From: the human T2T-CHM13v2.0 reference genome, Homo sapiens
Assembly (NCBI GenBank): GCA_009914755.4
Contig: CP086569.2
Coordinates: 14,752,001 to 14,816,000, forward strand
DNA: 64,000 nucleotides
Direction: 5' to 3'
Numbering within the stretch: the stretch's first letter is position 1; each line of letters starts with the position of its first letter. The position numbers and the translations under genes are program-made. Of this stretch, positions 30,321 through 44,003 are shown piece by piece. The notes below the pieces were generated by a model that saw nothing but the letters and a program-made list of their open reading frames with translations, did no database searches and was not told where the DNA came from.

Positions 30321-33300
30321 TTAGTCCTCTCTCAACACAGCCACCTGAGTGATCCTACTAAAATCTGAGCCACTTCCCGTCAGTTTTTTGCTCAACGTGT
30401 CCCAGCAGCTTCCCCCATCTGATTCAGAGAAGCCATGTTCTTTACAATGGATTTTAAGACCCAGTTGACCCCCCTTTCTCCTTCCTCTTAGACTTCATCG
30501 GTAACCTCCCTGTTTTCCTGCTCATCCTGCTAGGCTCCTCTGTGTTTTCTGAATACTATAATCTTTCCCTTGCTTCAGGATATTGACATTTGCTTGGTCC
30601 TGGACCGGGGATATGCTCTTCCTTCAGCTTGTTGAAAGGCTGTCTGGCTCACCTTCTTTATACAAATACCTCTTTTCCAGCAAAAGCATCTTTAGCCATG
30701 CTACATATATGTATAAACAAACAAGCAAACAAATCCATTTTCCTGTGTTGTATTTTTGTTCTTATTTTCTGTTATGACTGTCTACCCTGCCTTAGTATTT
30801 TGCTTATTAATCTTGTGCACTGTTTATCCTTGCATTCAATTAGGATGAATGTGTGTGTCTGTTTCTGTGTTTCATAAGACCAGATGTGTTTTCTTTTTTA
30901 CTTCTTATTCCCACTGCCTAGAACAGTACCTGACACATAGTAGCTGCCCAACAAATCCTTGTTCAATATATGAGGAAATGAAACATGAGTAATAAAAAGA
31001 GAAGGTAAAGACAGAAAATGTTGTGTTGTTGTTTCTACCTTTAAATTTTCTCAGTAAGGGATGAAGGATCAATCTTTGTGGGTTGATGGACTCATTCGAG
31101 AACCCAGTGATGGTGATAGTTACACAACACAGTAAGTATAAGAATGTCAGTGAGCACTTAAGATGAGACAATTTTATGGTATGAAAATTACATATTTCAA
31201 AAAAGTTGTTAAAGACATTTTTTTTCCCAGTGAGGCTGTTTTCTACATTTGATGAGCTTGAGGAAGGTAGGAAGAGGTGCCACCATCTTGTTAGTGAAGT
31301 GGTTAAGTCTCCTTTAGACATATACTGGAGGGAGTGTCTTCCACCATTTTATTGATTCATTAAATTCCTATCATTCTGTGATGCATCTTTACTGAAAACG
31401 GAATCTACTATGAATTCAGTGCTTACATTTTTGATATATAAGAGTACAAGAACTAACACTTGGGATACACCTCAAATTGAGACACATGGAAATGTAAATT
31501 TTGAGTATTTGTCCACCTGAAGAGCTAGAACATTTTAATGATGACTGCAATGACTGCTATGTTTCAAAAAATGGTGCATTTTCATCCAATAAATGCCCAT
31601 TTATACCTGTTTGCTCCAGACCTAAAACTGTACCAGTCTTCCAGTGGTTTATAATTACTTTAAAAAAACAATGACCACTTCCAATGTAGCTGTCTGTGCA
31701 AAGCCTAAGCAATTTTCTGTTGTATTTGATTTAGATAGAGAGCCAGGTTTGACAACTTCAGGCTGTGTCAAGGAAAGGGGGAAGGGTTTTTTTGTGTGTG
31801 TGTTGTTCGTTTGTTTGTTTTCATCGGCTATGAATACCTCAGGAAATAAAAGTATAATTAAACAAAAAAAAAATAGATAAAATGAGTTCCATTTAGTTTA
31901 GATTCACTGCTTGGGATTCATGAGCTATAAAGCTGATTTTCAGAGAAAAGCCAGACTTTTTGTCCTTATCTTTCTTATAGTTATTTTAAAATACAAAATT
32001 AGTCTATGTTTGCCAAAATGGATTGACTATTTAATTTTTTCTTAACCCATTTATTTGCACATAACTTAGACCTAACTCATCTGTTTTTATAGTAAATTCT
32101 AAGTTATTCATAGGTTGGTAAATTAGTTTCATGCTTTTCCTCTTCTTGGTGAATAACATTTCTGAATATTTTTATTGCTAACTCTCTACCAGAAGAAATG
32201 CATGAATATAGAATGGGCAAAATCATTAACTTTTGTAAGAGTTTCAGATAATTTTTATATTTGCTTATTTAAATTAACTATACTGTATTTCCTCCTGGTA
32301 CTTGAGAAGGGAAACTGGCTTCAAAATTAAAAATGAATAATAGTTTAATAGATTAATGCCTAGTTCTCATTTCTACTTTTCATCTCTTTATTAAGAATGT
32401 GGGACTGCTTCCTTGTACCAAGTAAGTTACCTTCACAGGTCATTCCTGAGCCATCAGTCCTGCCAGATCCTAAGGTCTACCTAAACTTTTCTGTCCCATT
32501 CCATTTGGAACAAACACCATAAATCCTCTGAGCACAAGGTGTTAATGTGTCTGCATATTCCTATGTAAGTTGATATTTGCCGCTTTGAAATGCATGTCTG
32601 ACAAATAAATATTGCCCACCAAAGTTAAGACACCTTCAAAAGCTGATCCAAGTGAAGGCTTTGAGTGTGAGCAGGTTAGTTAGGAGGTGAACCAGGAATG
32701 TGGTAGGTAAGAAGGGAAGCAGAGCAGGGTGTAGAAGTTTTGCTGGAATGAAGGAGGTCCAAAGAGACCATGGGGTGAAACAGGATAATTTAATCGAATG
32801 CGCTCAGACCCAGCGGATTAACATCCAAAAACTGGGCCTAGAGCAAAGACAGTGCTTGACTTTTATACACACTTCAAAAAGTGGCTGGGCTAGCTTGAAA
32901 CAAGCTTACAGTGGCATGAAGTGTAGTGACATGAAAGCAAGGATACAGAGGCAGAACAAAGGCAGTTAATCAAATAGTAACAGGTTCATAACTCAGAATT
33001 ACATGTGACTCTTGCTGTGCAGTCCATATGGCTGTTACCTAGGCTTGCTCTAGTGCCTTGTGTGGGTTTGTCTCATAAACTTCAATATGGTGCCTAGATG
33101 ACTGCAGCCCAGGCCTGCTGAGGCACGTCTTATAACCTTCACCTTGCTGCTTAGATAAAACAGAATACTTGAAGTTACTAGTTACAGAAAACAGGAATGT
33201 ATAAACTCATACGTTTACTCATATCATAGGGGAAAGGAAAATTTATTTTCTTCTCCCTATATTGAGGGAGTGCTGGGAGAGTCTCCACAACACAATCCTT

Positions 33301-34565
33301 TGAGCCCTGGCTTCTTTGATAATGTTATCAAGACTTTGCCTGGGTCTGGGCTTTGCCTGTTACTGCCTTTGGGATGTGTCAGCCTAATATAGAAAGCTTG
33401 TTTGTGAAGCACAAACACCTCAGAGCTCCTCACTGGAGGGGATTAATAGTGTTATGGTGTTCTAACACCAGTGCAGTCCGTCACTGTCTGCAGCTGTTCC
33501 TAGTGTATCCTGTTTGCATGCTGGCAGATCTTGCCCTGAGCCCAGACACAATGTTAGTTAAGGAGGTACAGAGGTAATCAAACAGGCATCCCTTTCTAGT
33601 TTCTTTTTTTTGTTTTTCACCTTTCTCATTTCCCCACATTTGACAAGCTTTACATTATTGCCCACTTCTTGGAATGAGAAGACCGCTAATGTCTAAACAA
33701 TAGAGAGCTCAAACTTTATGAATAACCAGTTTGGAGTCAGGGTTACACATACAAAAATACTGTGCGCTTCATGTTGCAGTTGCTTATCTTTTTTCAGTAA
33801 ATTGGTGTTTAACCTTTCCTTGATGTTGTTGTTACTTATTAAATGAGTAAAAAAATACATACATTGCATGCTTAGTATTGGAAGTATATATTGTGAAGTA
33901 GCTGCTACCTAGTAAAAAATAGTATTTACTTGTTTGCTGAATTTGGGAAACAATGTGTTTGTTTCTGGCTACCATGATCACATATCTGTGTCAATATGGG
34001 TAGTAAAAGAAGGAAGAGTTCCAATTTTGTGGATTGTACAAGGGAAAATCCAAATTCATTTTTTTGGGTGTGTTGCCAAAAGCAGGCAAAGATGTTTGTT
34101 CATTTGAAATTAGTTATCAATTTGACATAACAAAATAACACACTTTTAAGGGATCTTATGAAGAAACATGTAAAAATCTAACTTAAATTTTCTTTAACCT
34201 AGCATAATATCTTAGTCATCATATTCATTTCTCTTCAAATCCCAAGTTCTTCATCTATCTTTTTCTCCTTATTTCCCTATGTATGTAGGATACATTACAA
34301 AGGAAAATGAAGCAGACAGCATTGTTTTCACAGCATATAAGTATCACATGGATGTTACTCCACACATGCGTTACTGTGTCAGCAAAACTAGAGCAGACGT
34401 CACTGGTGGTAATAAAGTTCCCTGTTGCCCTGTGGGGGCACATGACTTTTTACTCTGTTCCACAGCGGCTTGGGATGTACTGTTTCTGATGGGCAAAAGG
34501 CTTGGCTGTACATATGTCTTGAAACTATTTAATAGTTGGAAATTTGCCTGCAGTGTAGCTTCAGC

Positions 34566-34600
34566 AGTTTTGCTAAGTTTTTTTTTTTTTTTTTTTTTTT
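34566..34600. repeat. Poly-T homopolymer, about 30 T
   Basis: gttttttttttttttttttttttttttaatgg. Confidence 0.9.
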
Positions 34601-36404
34601 TAATGGAGAAGGAATACTACCCCAACTGCTAAGTCTGGAAAGAAAAAAGAAAAGGTTAAATATTATTAGAACAAAACTTGTATTTAGTTTAAAACTATGT
34701 GACACAGTTATATTATTGTTTTTAAAATATAACTACACTTAACAAAAGTTATATACCTTGCAAGGTATTCTTATGATGCATTTCAGTGGGAAGTTTAATC
34801 TATAGACATTATTGGTAGAAATGAAATAAGTAAAGTCCACATTCATTTTTTGAAATGGGTATTGTTCTCCGTGTGTGCATGTGCATGTTTCTGTTTGATG
34901 ATCTGTAATCGTTGCCCTCTTTATAGCCTCGTTTGCATGCTACTTAGTTGTTTTTTTAATATGCAGGCATGGGTTCCTGTATTTAACAAATAGTGTTATC
35001 TCAAAAATCCAGAGGAGCCTGCCTCAGAAAAAGTGATGGCATTTCTCCTGGGACAAGCAGAAGTGGTCTTCTCCCATGAGATTCCATGTCAGTGCACTAA
35101 TACGCCTGCATTTCTCCAAGGGTGATAAGTGATTTTATTATCACTTTTATGCAACATAGACTTATAGTCCTTCCATCGTGTCAAACCTTCATGCTCATTA
35201 CTTTGCCTGTTTGTGTCATGAAACACAAGAGGTTAAGTGATGAAACCTGAAATTTATCTTTCTGAAATCCAATGTTTTATCCTCCGGTGCTGAAAGCACC
35301 ACAAATGATCATCAATAAAAGGAACTATTTTTCTTCAAGGCTGAAATTGGGTATACATGCTAAATATGTAGCATATTTTACATTGGTAATCACACAAATT
35401 GTATAGCATAGAAGGAGCTAATACAGCCTTTCTATTTCAGTTATCTCTGAAAATATTCTTGCTCTCTGCAGTGTGTTTCTGCAGATAATTGTGAGGTTCA
35501 TAAGGAGGGAGTTGGCATCAAACAGAAAGAGAAGTGAGATGGGGGAAAATGCCCATATTTGAGACTCAGAGGAAGGGTTAGGAGAGCACTGGTCTTGTGG
35601 TGTGACTCCCATCCTCTCACTTGAAGATGTAGTAAATCAAACTCTGTTCTTGAAGTAGTGAATCAAACTATGATCCTCAATTTCACCATCTCTAAAATGA
35701 GGACAATAATGTTAACATTTAATAGACAAAATACAACTGTATGTTTGTAAAATTAGGAATAAACAGTGCTCACATTGTTTCCTAAACCTAACGTTATCAC
35801 ACTCTGAAATTTTCCTAATCAGGGGAGAGCAGTCGGTGGCCCAGGGTCTAAATTTGGCCTGCAACCTAGTTTTGCAAATCAAGTTTTATGGGAACATAGC
35901 CACCCTCATTTGTTTACATATTGTCTGTGGCTGCTTTTGAGCTGTGAGGGCAGAGTTGAGTGATTGTAATGGAGACCATATGGTCCACAAAGCCTAAACT
36001 CTTTACTATCTGGCCCTTTCTGGAAAAAGCCTATATCAATGCCTGCACTAGACTATTGTAACAGACACTTTTCCCATTAAAAGGCTTAGAATTTTTACAT
36101 TCTATAGGGACATTGTTCCTCATTATGACAGTGGAATATAACATATGTAGAGTGTGGCACCTAGAGTTGTGTATTGTTATACCCTCCACCCCATCTTTCT
36201 CTCATTTTTGTTGTCACACTCCTTGTTCTGCCATCAATGATGTGAATGATCTTGGACATATCTGTTTACCTCTCTGACCCCTAAAGCCCTCACCAGTTAA
36301 AAACATGTGAAATAAGTTGTAAAATTTCTTAGGGCTTTATAATAACATAGAATATAGCGTTTCCCTCCCTGGCTCTCTGGCTCTCATCAGCCACTGTCTA
36401 TTTA

Positions 36405-36440
36405 TGCATATGTATATGTATATATGTGTATGTGTGTATA

Positions 36441-36470
<30 letters not shown>
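36405..36470. repeat. Compound (TA)n/(TG)n microsatellite
   Basis: atgtatatgtatatatgtgtatgtgtgtatatgtgtgtgtgtgtatatatatatatatataa. Confidence 0.85.
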
Positions 36471-36472
<2 letters not shown>

Positions 36473-36807
36473 AATTTCACATGGAAATCTCCAACTACAT
36501 TTCAAAATTCTAAAACAATTAAAAATAATGCATAATGAAAGAAAACATTCTGTATAATTTAGTCAAATGAATATACCTTGTTTCATAATGTAGGGAACCA
36601 ATTTTTAAGGCAGAGAATGGCTTAAATATAGAAACTTGTTAGGATTGAGTAAAATGCTTCTGATTAGAGAAACTGGATTGACCCTGTCTCACCTGAACCC
36701 CATAGTGAATAAGTGGATAAATGAATGGCTGGTTTACAGAGGAGGATAGCAGCAATAAACAGCTGATCTCTACCATTCTTTTTTGGTTTTGTTTTCTTTT
36801 TGTTCTT

Positions 36808-37098
36808 TTTTTTTTAAGAGTCAGAATCTCATCTGTTATCCAGGATGGTGGGCAGTGGTGCAGTCATAGCTCACTGTAGCCTTGAACTCCCAGACTAAAG
36901 CAATTCTCCTGCTTCAGCCTCCTGCATAGCTAGGACCACAGGCACATGACACCAAGCCCAGCTAATTTTATTTTTTCTGTAGAGACAGGGTCTTTTGCTA
37001 TTGCCTAAGCTGGTCTTGAGCTCCTGCCCTCAAATAGTCCTCCTGCCTCAGCTTCCCAAAGCACTAAGATTACAGGCATAAGTCACCATGCCTGGCCT
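36808..37098 (-). mobile_element. Alu (AluJ-like, diverged)
   Basis: tttttttttaagagtcagaatctcatctgttatccaggatggtgggcagtggtgcag...agattacaggcataagtcaccatgcctggcc. Confidence 0.82.
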
Positions 37099-37854
37099 GA
37101 TTTTATAATTTTATAGTGATTATTTTGAGGGAGAAAGAGATGGGAGTGCATCATCTTGGTAATGGAAGTGTGCCATTTTGGTATTGTCAACTCAAAATGG
37201 GCCTTCCTTTTGAGAAAATGACAAGAAAATATTATTAATTCATATCTTTGAAAGCATTGTTTTCTCAAAAGTTGCTTTCATAAATTGCGTTGTTTCGTGT
37301 TTTACAATGTTTCATAAACTAGATGACATTATTCTGGGTTATTACAATGAGCAAAATTTTCCAGGGCAGGAAATGATGTAATGAATGAAATAAATTAAAG
37401 AAGATGATTAAATTCCTAGTACCAGTGACCCTCTTAAATATTGGAGTTTCTTTAGAAGAGGATGTGATTCTGAGGTTTTCCTTATGAACCTAGAATATCT
37501 GGAAAAATCATGTGACTACTTATTTTCAGCATGTAGATATTCAGACACATTGCTGAGAACACAAACGGCTGTTATTATCTTTATACATTTTAATTCTTCT
37601 CTTGCCTTGAAGTGATGATTCACTTGTAAGTTCGTTCCCTCCCGGGAAGGTTGGTAGCTCCCTTTTGTAGATTAAAGATTAACTCCTACACCAGTGGAAG
37701 GGGCGTTGATTTAATTATTTTATTTCAAACTGGGAAGAACACTCCTTTGATTTTGCAATTCACTTTAGGATCTTGTGATTTAGCAATGCTAATTGACATT
37801 GAACCTGAAACTGAAATATCACATTACAAGTCAAAAGTAACATTTAGAAGCTTG

Positions 37855-38010
37855 TCCTTCGTTTATTCACTCAGCAATTGCTTACTGAGCACATACTGTG
37901 TGCTAGGTGCTCTTCTGGACTCTGGAGAGAGATACAGATGTGAAAAAACAAGCAAACACTCCTCCTCTCAGGGAGCTTTCATTATCGTGAGTAGAAGCAG
38001 ACAGCAAACA
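37855..38010 (-). mobile_element. Ancient SINE-like fragment (MIR-like; ...ttactgagcacatactgtgtgctaggtgct...)
   Basis: The motif tcactcagcaattgcttactgagcacatactgtgtgctaggtgctcttctggactctggagagagatacag is typical of old mammalian-wide repeats. Confidence 0.3.
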
Positions 38011-38034
38011 AGGTACCTAATAAGTCAGTTTGTG

Positions 38035-38560
38035 TATTAGTCATGGTTCTCTAGAGGGATAGAACTAATAGGATAGAGTATATAAAAAGGGGAGTTTACT
38101 AAGGAGTATTGACTCACACAATCATAAGGTGAGGTCCCACAATAGGCCATCTGCAAGCTAAGGAGCAAGGAAGCCAGTCAAAGTCCCCAAACCTCAAAAG
38201 TAGGGAAGCCGACAGTGCAGCCTTCAGTCTGCATTCAAAGGTCCGAGTCCCAAAGCTGAAGAACGTGGAGTCTGATGTTCGAGGGCAGGAAGCATCCAGC
38301 ATGGGAGGAAGATGTAGGCCAGAAGACTAAACCAGTCTAAAGTTTCCACCTCTTCTTCCTGCTTTTATTCTGGCCACACTGGCAGCTGATTAGAATGGTG
38401 CCCACCCAGATTGAGGGAGGGTCTGTCTTTTCCAGTCCAGTGACTCAAATGTTAATCTCCATGGCACCATCCTCACAGACATACCCAGGATCAACACTTT
38501 GGATCCTTCAATCCAATCAAGTTGACACTCAATATTTACCGTAACAGTTAGTAATAAGGG
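38035..38560. mobile_element. Unclassified old interspersed repeat (tattagtcatggttctctagagggatagaactaatagg...caagttgacactcaatatttacc)
   Basis: I recognise this as a recurrent human repeat consensus-like sequence but cannot name the family from memory. Confidence 0.3.
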
Positions 38561-39944
38561 CTTGGAGAATAATGAAGCAAGGCATCATCATGGTGACTTT
38601 TTTTTTGTAAATGGAACAAAGCATATATAGCTATTTTAAATAGGGTCACATTTAGTAGACCTTCAACAGGAAAAGGAGCCAGCCATGGAGACACCAGGGA
38701 AAGCATTTAGGCAAATAGACAGGAAAACGTCAGCAGCATCATGGTTTTCCTTTCCAAGAACCAGTGTGACTGGGCTGAGGGGTGGAGGTGATAAAATGAA
38801 AGGTGCTCTGGGAGGTAACTGAGGCACAGGTTGTAGGGCATTCAGGAGACTCCTAGTGGTTTTACTCCAAGTAAGGAACTTCTGCGCACAGGAATGAGAT
38901 GGTCTCTTGCAGTATAGAATCATCAGGCTGTTGTATTCAGAAAAACCTCTAGGGAGGCAGTGGGGAGCTTTTGGCAGTAATCAGGGAGAGGTGATGTTGG
39001 CTTGGCCCAGGGCATTGGCAGTGGTGAAAGGCAGTTAAATTCCTGTTACACTTTGAAGGTAGTGCTAACACAATTTGTTCAAGGGATGTGTCTGCAAAAT
39101 AAATGTATGACTTCAAGGGTTGGGGCCAGAGCAACTGGAAGAGCAATTCCCATGTACTGAGTTGGTGTCAGTAGTGGGCTGTGTGTGGTGGGCTATGTAT
39201 TAGTGGTGGGCTATGTATAGGGATCATGATTTTGCTTTGGGACACATTAGTTTTGAGATGCCTCTGAGACCTCCAAATAGAGCTGCTGGAAGATATTTTT
39301 TGAGTATTGATATTTGAATGATTAGATCTGCATTCAGGGGCATGGTCAATAGTGAAGATATCAGTTTGAAAGTCATCAGCACAAAGATGTTTTTAAAAGT
39401 GTGACATCTGATGAGATCCCTAGAGAATGAGTGTAGATGAGAAGAGAGAGATCCCTGAATTCAGACGCAGAACACTCTCCTATCTAGAGAAGATGGGAGC
39501 TAAAGATCATGGAGCGTGGGGCTGAGAAGTAGCTTCCATTGAAACTGAATGAAAATCTATTAGTGTCCTGAAAACCAAGTGAAGCCTGCATTTTTAAGAG
39601 AAGAAAGTGATCAGTGTTGTCAATATTGATGACTGAGGGAGTCCTCAGATGGCACTGCCAAACTTCCAGGTTGGGGTGCTTCCTGTCCTAATAAGAATAG
39701 GAACAAATATTTCATCCTTACACATTGTGATGTTCAGACCTCATGGTTTGTAGCCACTTGATGTAGTACTTGTCTACTTTTGACCCTACTAGATGAGTTT
39801 TCTTAGGTCATCTACCTCAGTATTACCTGTGTGTTTCATATGAAATATTCCTGGATCCCACCTGCACTCAGGGAATCAGCATATCTCAGTATAAGTGTTG
39901 GACATTCCAGAGATTCCTGTTATTGAATAAGAACAGGTTGATTC

Positions 39945-40510
39945 AGAAATACCATTTGATCCAGCAATCCCATTAATGGGTATATACCCAAAGGAATGTA
40001 AATCATTCTTCTACAAAGATGCAAGCACATGTGTGTTCATTGCAGCACTATTCACAATAGCAGAGATATGGAATTTACCCAAATGTCCATCAACAGTAGA
40101 CTGGATAAAAAAAAAATGTGGTGCATAGACACATAGAATACTATGCAGCCATAAAAAGGAATGAGATCATGTCCTTTGCAGGGACATGGATAGAGCTGGA
40201 GGCCATTATCCTCAGCAAACTAATGCAGGAAAAGAAAATGAAACACTGCATGTTCTCCCTCATAAATGGGAACTGAACAGCTAAACGATGATAACACCTG
40301 GACACATGGAGGGGAGAAACACACAGTAGGGCCCGCTGGGGATGGGGGTGGGAGAAGAAGAGCATCAGGAAGAGCTAATGAGTGCCGGGCTTAACATCTA
40401 TGTCATAGGTTGATCTGTGCAGCACACCACCGTGGCATATATTTACCTCCATAAAAAACATGCATAGACTGCAAATATACCTTGGAATTTAAAAGTTAAT
40501 TAAAAGAGAA
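39945..40510 (+). mobile_element. Old L1 3'-end fragment (ORF2 C-terminus plus 3'UTR), plus orientation
   Basis: accatttgatccagcaatcccattaatgggtatatacccaaaggaatgtaaatcattcttctacaaagat...atggaatactatgcagccataaaaaggaatgagatcatgtcctttgcagggacatgg...ggttgatctgtgcagcacaccaccgtggcatat. Confidence 0.85.
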
Positions 40511-41497
40511 AGAGAGAGAATGACTTGACTAACAGTATCACATAATATGCTTTCAGTTAACCTCTTACCTAAAAAAATACTATGAAGCTTTCTTTTCTAG
40601 AAAATAAAAGAAGTAACCTAACTAAATGTCCACACATTATATTTCATAGAGGAAAGCAAGAACTTTCAAAAAATAACTTATGTTTCCATCATTTCAAAAC
40701 TACTAACTACTGAAAGTAAAAACATGGGATATTTTTTCTCCAGTCTTCTTCATTTATATCAAGTTAGATATGACTTTTTTGAATCCCCAACACACATGCT
40801 GTTATAGTGAGAATTATTGACAGCATCTTCCTGTGACAGTGTCTTGAAATGAAACCCTCTGTAAATCACTGGTGGTGAGAAGCATCTCCACTTGCTCAAT
40901 TTTTAACAGAAAATGAAGTAAAAACCCTCCAGCTTTGCTATATTTAGTCTTATTCAAATACGTATTTTCAATGGAGATTTGTGAGGTGGTAATTCCAGCA
41001 CCTCACCTTTCTCTTGACATCTGAAAATGTTTTCATTTATGAGACAAACCAGAAATGGTACAATCAGAAAAATGAATGCTACTGGTAAGTCATCCAGTGT
41101 GCAGTGTGGATAAAAAATGGTGCAGTTTTTTTTTCTGATCTCTATTACTCTTAGCTGATGCAAAAATCACTAGCTACAGGGCCACTAAGGTGAAAACAAC
41201 TATTTGTGTGAGCTGAATTTCTTTTCCTTTTTAGAGTATTCAAAGGTGATTCTCTGTTGCTTACCTATTTAATGTCAATTCACCCACATTGAATTTTACT
41301 GTATTTTACCAAAAGATATCAATTTCAGCATATTAAAAATTTGGCTGGGTTGTCTTGGTATGGAAACGCTTAAAATGATCCTTCTGGATTACAAATTTGG
41401 ACCAAACAAATTTATCTTACCATTTTTTAGATTTTTTATTTGAGGCTGAACAAGAAGATCTTAATAACTTGTTTTCAGCTTCACTTCTCTTTTACTC

Positions 41498-41784
41498 TTT
41501 TTTGGAGACTGTGTCTCACTCTCTTGCCCAGGCTGGCATGCAGTGGTGCTAATCACAGTTCACTGCGGCCTCAACCTTTTCAGATCAAATGATCCTCCTG
41601 CCTCAGCTTCCTGAGTAGCTGGGACCACAGGCATGCACCAACCTGCCCAGCTAATTTTTTATATTTTGTGGAGACAGAGTTTCACTGTGTTGCCCAGGTT
41701 GGTCTCAAACTCCTAGACTCAAAAGATTGTGCCCGCCTCTGCCTTGCAAAGTGCTGGGATTATAGACATAAGCCATCCTGCCCC
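41498..41784 (-). mobile_element. Alu (AluJ-like)
   Basis: ttttttggagactgtgtctcactctcttgcccaggctggcatgcagtggtgc...tgctgggattatagacataagccatcctgcccc. Confidence 0.82.
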
Positions 41785-41908
41785 CTGCTGTTTTCAGCTT
41801 TTCTATTTATAAAAATCAATGCTTCACATGTTGACCATGTAGTCATTACATGTCCAAAGACGTTAGTTTTGTGGAGTCATATGATGTGTCTTTGTTCTGG
41901 GATTTCAG

Positions 41909-42114
41909 ATCCATCTGCCCCACCAGTGCCAGCTAACCTCCGGCTGGCCAACTCCACCGTCAACAGTGATGGGAGTGTGACCGTCACTATAGTTTGGGGT
42001 CTCCCCGAGGAGCCGGACATCCTTGTGCATCACTACAATGTCTTTTGGAGCTGGACAATCAGCAGTAAGTCTCTTGTACCAACAAAGAAGAAGCAGAGAA
42101 AGACTACGGATGGG
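41909..42114 (+). pseudogene. ANOS2P: ANOS1-like pseudogene exon, equivalent to ANOS1 exon 7 (FnIII-2 N-terminal part); reading frame intact
   Basis: Acceptor gatttcag, then [69 protein letters not shown], then donor gtgagt. Anosmin-1 reads [69 protein letters not shown]. Confidence 0.85.
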
Positions 42115-42329
42115 GTGAGTGGGAACTGGAGGAAGGAATGCTCTTCTCACAAAGGGTATTTCCACTCAAGGCAACTGGCCTGAAAAGAGGCCTCTGCTAA
42201 ACTGAGAGATGCCATGGATACAGAAAAGGTTCCCTCCCATTCATTTCTACCGAGGAAGTTCACAGAATGCAGGGGGCATGCCACCTATTTCACCTTTTAT
42301 ATTTTAGGTAGAAGCAACTGCATTTAGAC

Positions 42330-43997
42330 TGAGGGGTGACAGCATGCTGGCAGCCCTCACAACCCTCGCTTGCTCTGGGCACCTCCTCGGCCTTGGCGCC
42401 CACTCTGGCCATGCTTAAGGAGCCCTTCAGCCCCCTGCTGCACTGTGGGAGCCCCTTTCTGGGCTGGCCAAGGCCAGAGCCGGCTCCCTCAGATTGCAGG
42501 GAGGTGTGGAGGGAGAGTCGTGGGTGGGAACCAGGGCTGCCCAGGGCGCTTGTGGGCCAGCGCAAGTTCAGGGTGGGCGTGGGCTCGGTGGGCCAGATAC
42601 TTGGAGCGGCCTGCCCCTGCCTGCAAGCCCCAGGCAGTGAGAGGCTTAGCACCTGTGCCAGCAGCTGCTGTGCCCAATTTCTTGCCGGGCCTTAGCTGCC
42701 TCCCCGTGGGGCAGGGCTTGGGACTTGCAGCCCACCATGTCTGAGCCTCCCCAGTGAGCACCGCTCCCTGCTCCATGGTGCCCAGTCCCATGACTGCCCA
42801 AGGGCTGAGTGTGGGCGCATGCGCAGGACTGGCAGGCAGCACCACCTGCGACTGGGTGCAGGATCCACTGGGTGAAGCCAGCTGTGCTCCTGAGTCTGGT
42901 GGGAACTTGGAGAACCTTTATGTCTAGCCAAGGGATTGTAAATACACCAGTCAGCACTCTGCATCTAGCTCAAGGTTTGTAAACACACCAATCAGTACCC
43001 TGTGTCTAGCTCAGGATACGTGAATGCACCAATTGACGCTCTGTATCTAGCTACTCTGGTGGGGACTTGGAGAAACTTTATGTCTAGCTAAGGGATTGTA
43101 AATACAGCAATCAGCACTGTATCTAGCTCAAGGTTTGTAAACATACCAATCAGCACCCTGTGTCTAGCTCAGGGTTTGTGAATGCAGCAATCAACACTCT
43201 ATCTAGCTACTCTGGTGGGGACTTGGAGAAACTTTATGTCTAGCTAAGAGATTGTAAATACACTAATCAGCACTCTGTGTCTAGCTCAAGGTTTGTAAAC
43301 ATACCAATCAGCACCCTGTGTCTAGCTCAGGGTTTGTGATGCACCAATCAACACTCTGTATCTAGCTACTCTGGTGGGGACATGGAGAACTTTTGTGTTG
43401 ACACTCTGTATCTAGCTAATCTAGTGGGGACATGGAGAACTTTTGTGTCTAGCTCAGGGATTGTAAACGCACCAATCAGCACCCTGTCAAAACAGACCAA
43501 TCAGCTCTCTGTAAAATGGACCAATCACCAGGATGTGGGTGGGGCCAGATAAGGGAATAAAAGCAGGCTGCTTGAACCAGCAGTGGCAACCCGCTTGGGT
43601 CCCCTTCCACGCTGTGGAAGCTTTGTTCTTTAGCTCTTTGCAATAAATCTTGCTGCTGCTCACTCTTTGGGTCCGCACTGCCTTTATGAGCTGTAACACT
43701 CACTGTGAAGGTCTGCAGCTTCGCTCCTGAAGCCAGTGAGACCACAAACCCACCAGGAGGAATGAACAACTCCAGATGTGCCACCTTAAGAGCTGTAACA
43801 CTCACTGCGAAGGTCTGCAGCTTCACTCCTGAGCCAGCAAGACCATGAACCCACCAGAAGGAAGAAACTCCGAACACATCTGAAAATCAGAAGGAACAAA
43901 TTCCAGACACACTGCCTTTAAGAACTGTGACACTCAACATGTGGGTCTGTGGCTTCTTTCTTGGTCAGTGAGACCAAGAACCCACCAATTCTGGACA
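42330..43997 (+). promoter_or_regulatory. ERV9 5' LTR (LTR12-type, ~1.67 kb): U3 with three ~157-bp enhancer repeat units, TATA-like AATAAAAG (43556-43563), and R/U5 with an AATAAA polyA signal (43643-43648)
   Basis: tgaggggtgacagcatgctggcagccctcacaaccctcgc..., then three copies of ctggtggggacttggagaa(a/c)ctttatgtctagctaagggattgtaaatac...caatcagcaccctgtgtctagctcagggtttgtgaatgcaccaatcaacactctgtatctagctact, then ...ggaataaaagcaggctgc...ttgcaataaatcttgctgctgctcactctttggg...ccaccaattctggaca. Confidence 0.85.
42897..43470 (+). repeat. U3 enhancer VNTR of the 5' LTR: three full units plus a partial unit, rich in CCAAT (accaatcagc) and GTGGGGA motifs
   Basis: Unit starts are at about 42897, 43056 and 43211. 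A partial unit at 43369-43470 reads ctggtggggacatggagaacttttgtgt... twice. Units 2 and 3 are nearly identical to each other. Unit 1 resembles the single unit in the 3' LTR. Confidence 0.8.
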
Positions 43998-44003
43998 GAT
44001 TTT

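Noticed and set aside
31040-31140. Exon-like block GMKDQSLWVDGLIREPSDGDSYTTQ followed by gtaagt.
   Set aside because: It has no convincing acceptor and no recognisable homology, and it is short and isolated, so chance is the likelier explanation.
41668-42183. A 171-aa ORF beginning [16 protein letters not shown]...
   Set aside because: It is a chimera of an antisense Alu read-through into the real exon-7 remnant. Only 41909-42114 is meaningful.
42290-42964. A stack of 90-124-aa ORFs on both strands, proline/alanine/glycine-rich. A similar stack occurs at 51694-52249.
   Set aside because: They lie in the GC-rich U3 regions of the two ERV9 LTRs. They are stop-poor because of base composition and are duplicated because the LTRs are.
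42300-43500. I first read the GC-rich segment followed by ~40-bp tandem repeats as an SVA element.
   Set aside because: It continues into a PBS and gag-pol-env, and is repeated at 51.7-52.6 kb as a 3' LTR, so it is an LTR12 (ERV9) U3 region. There is no CCCTCT hexamer array, Alu-like part or SINE-R.
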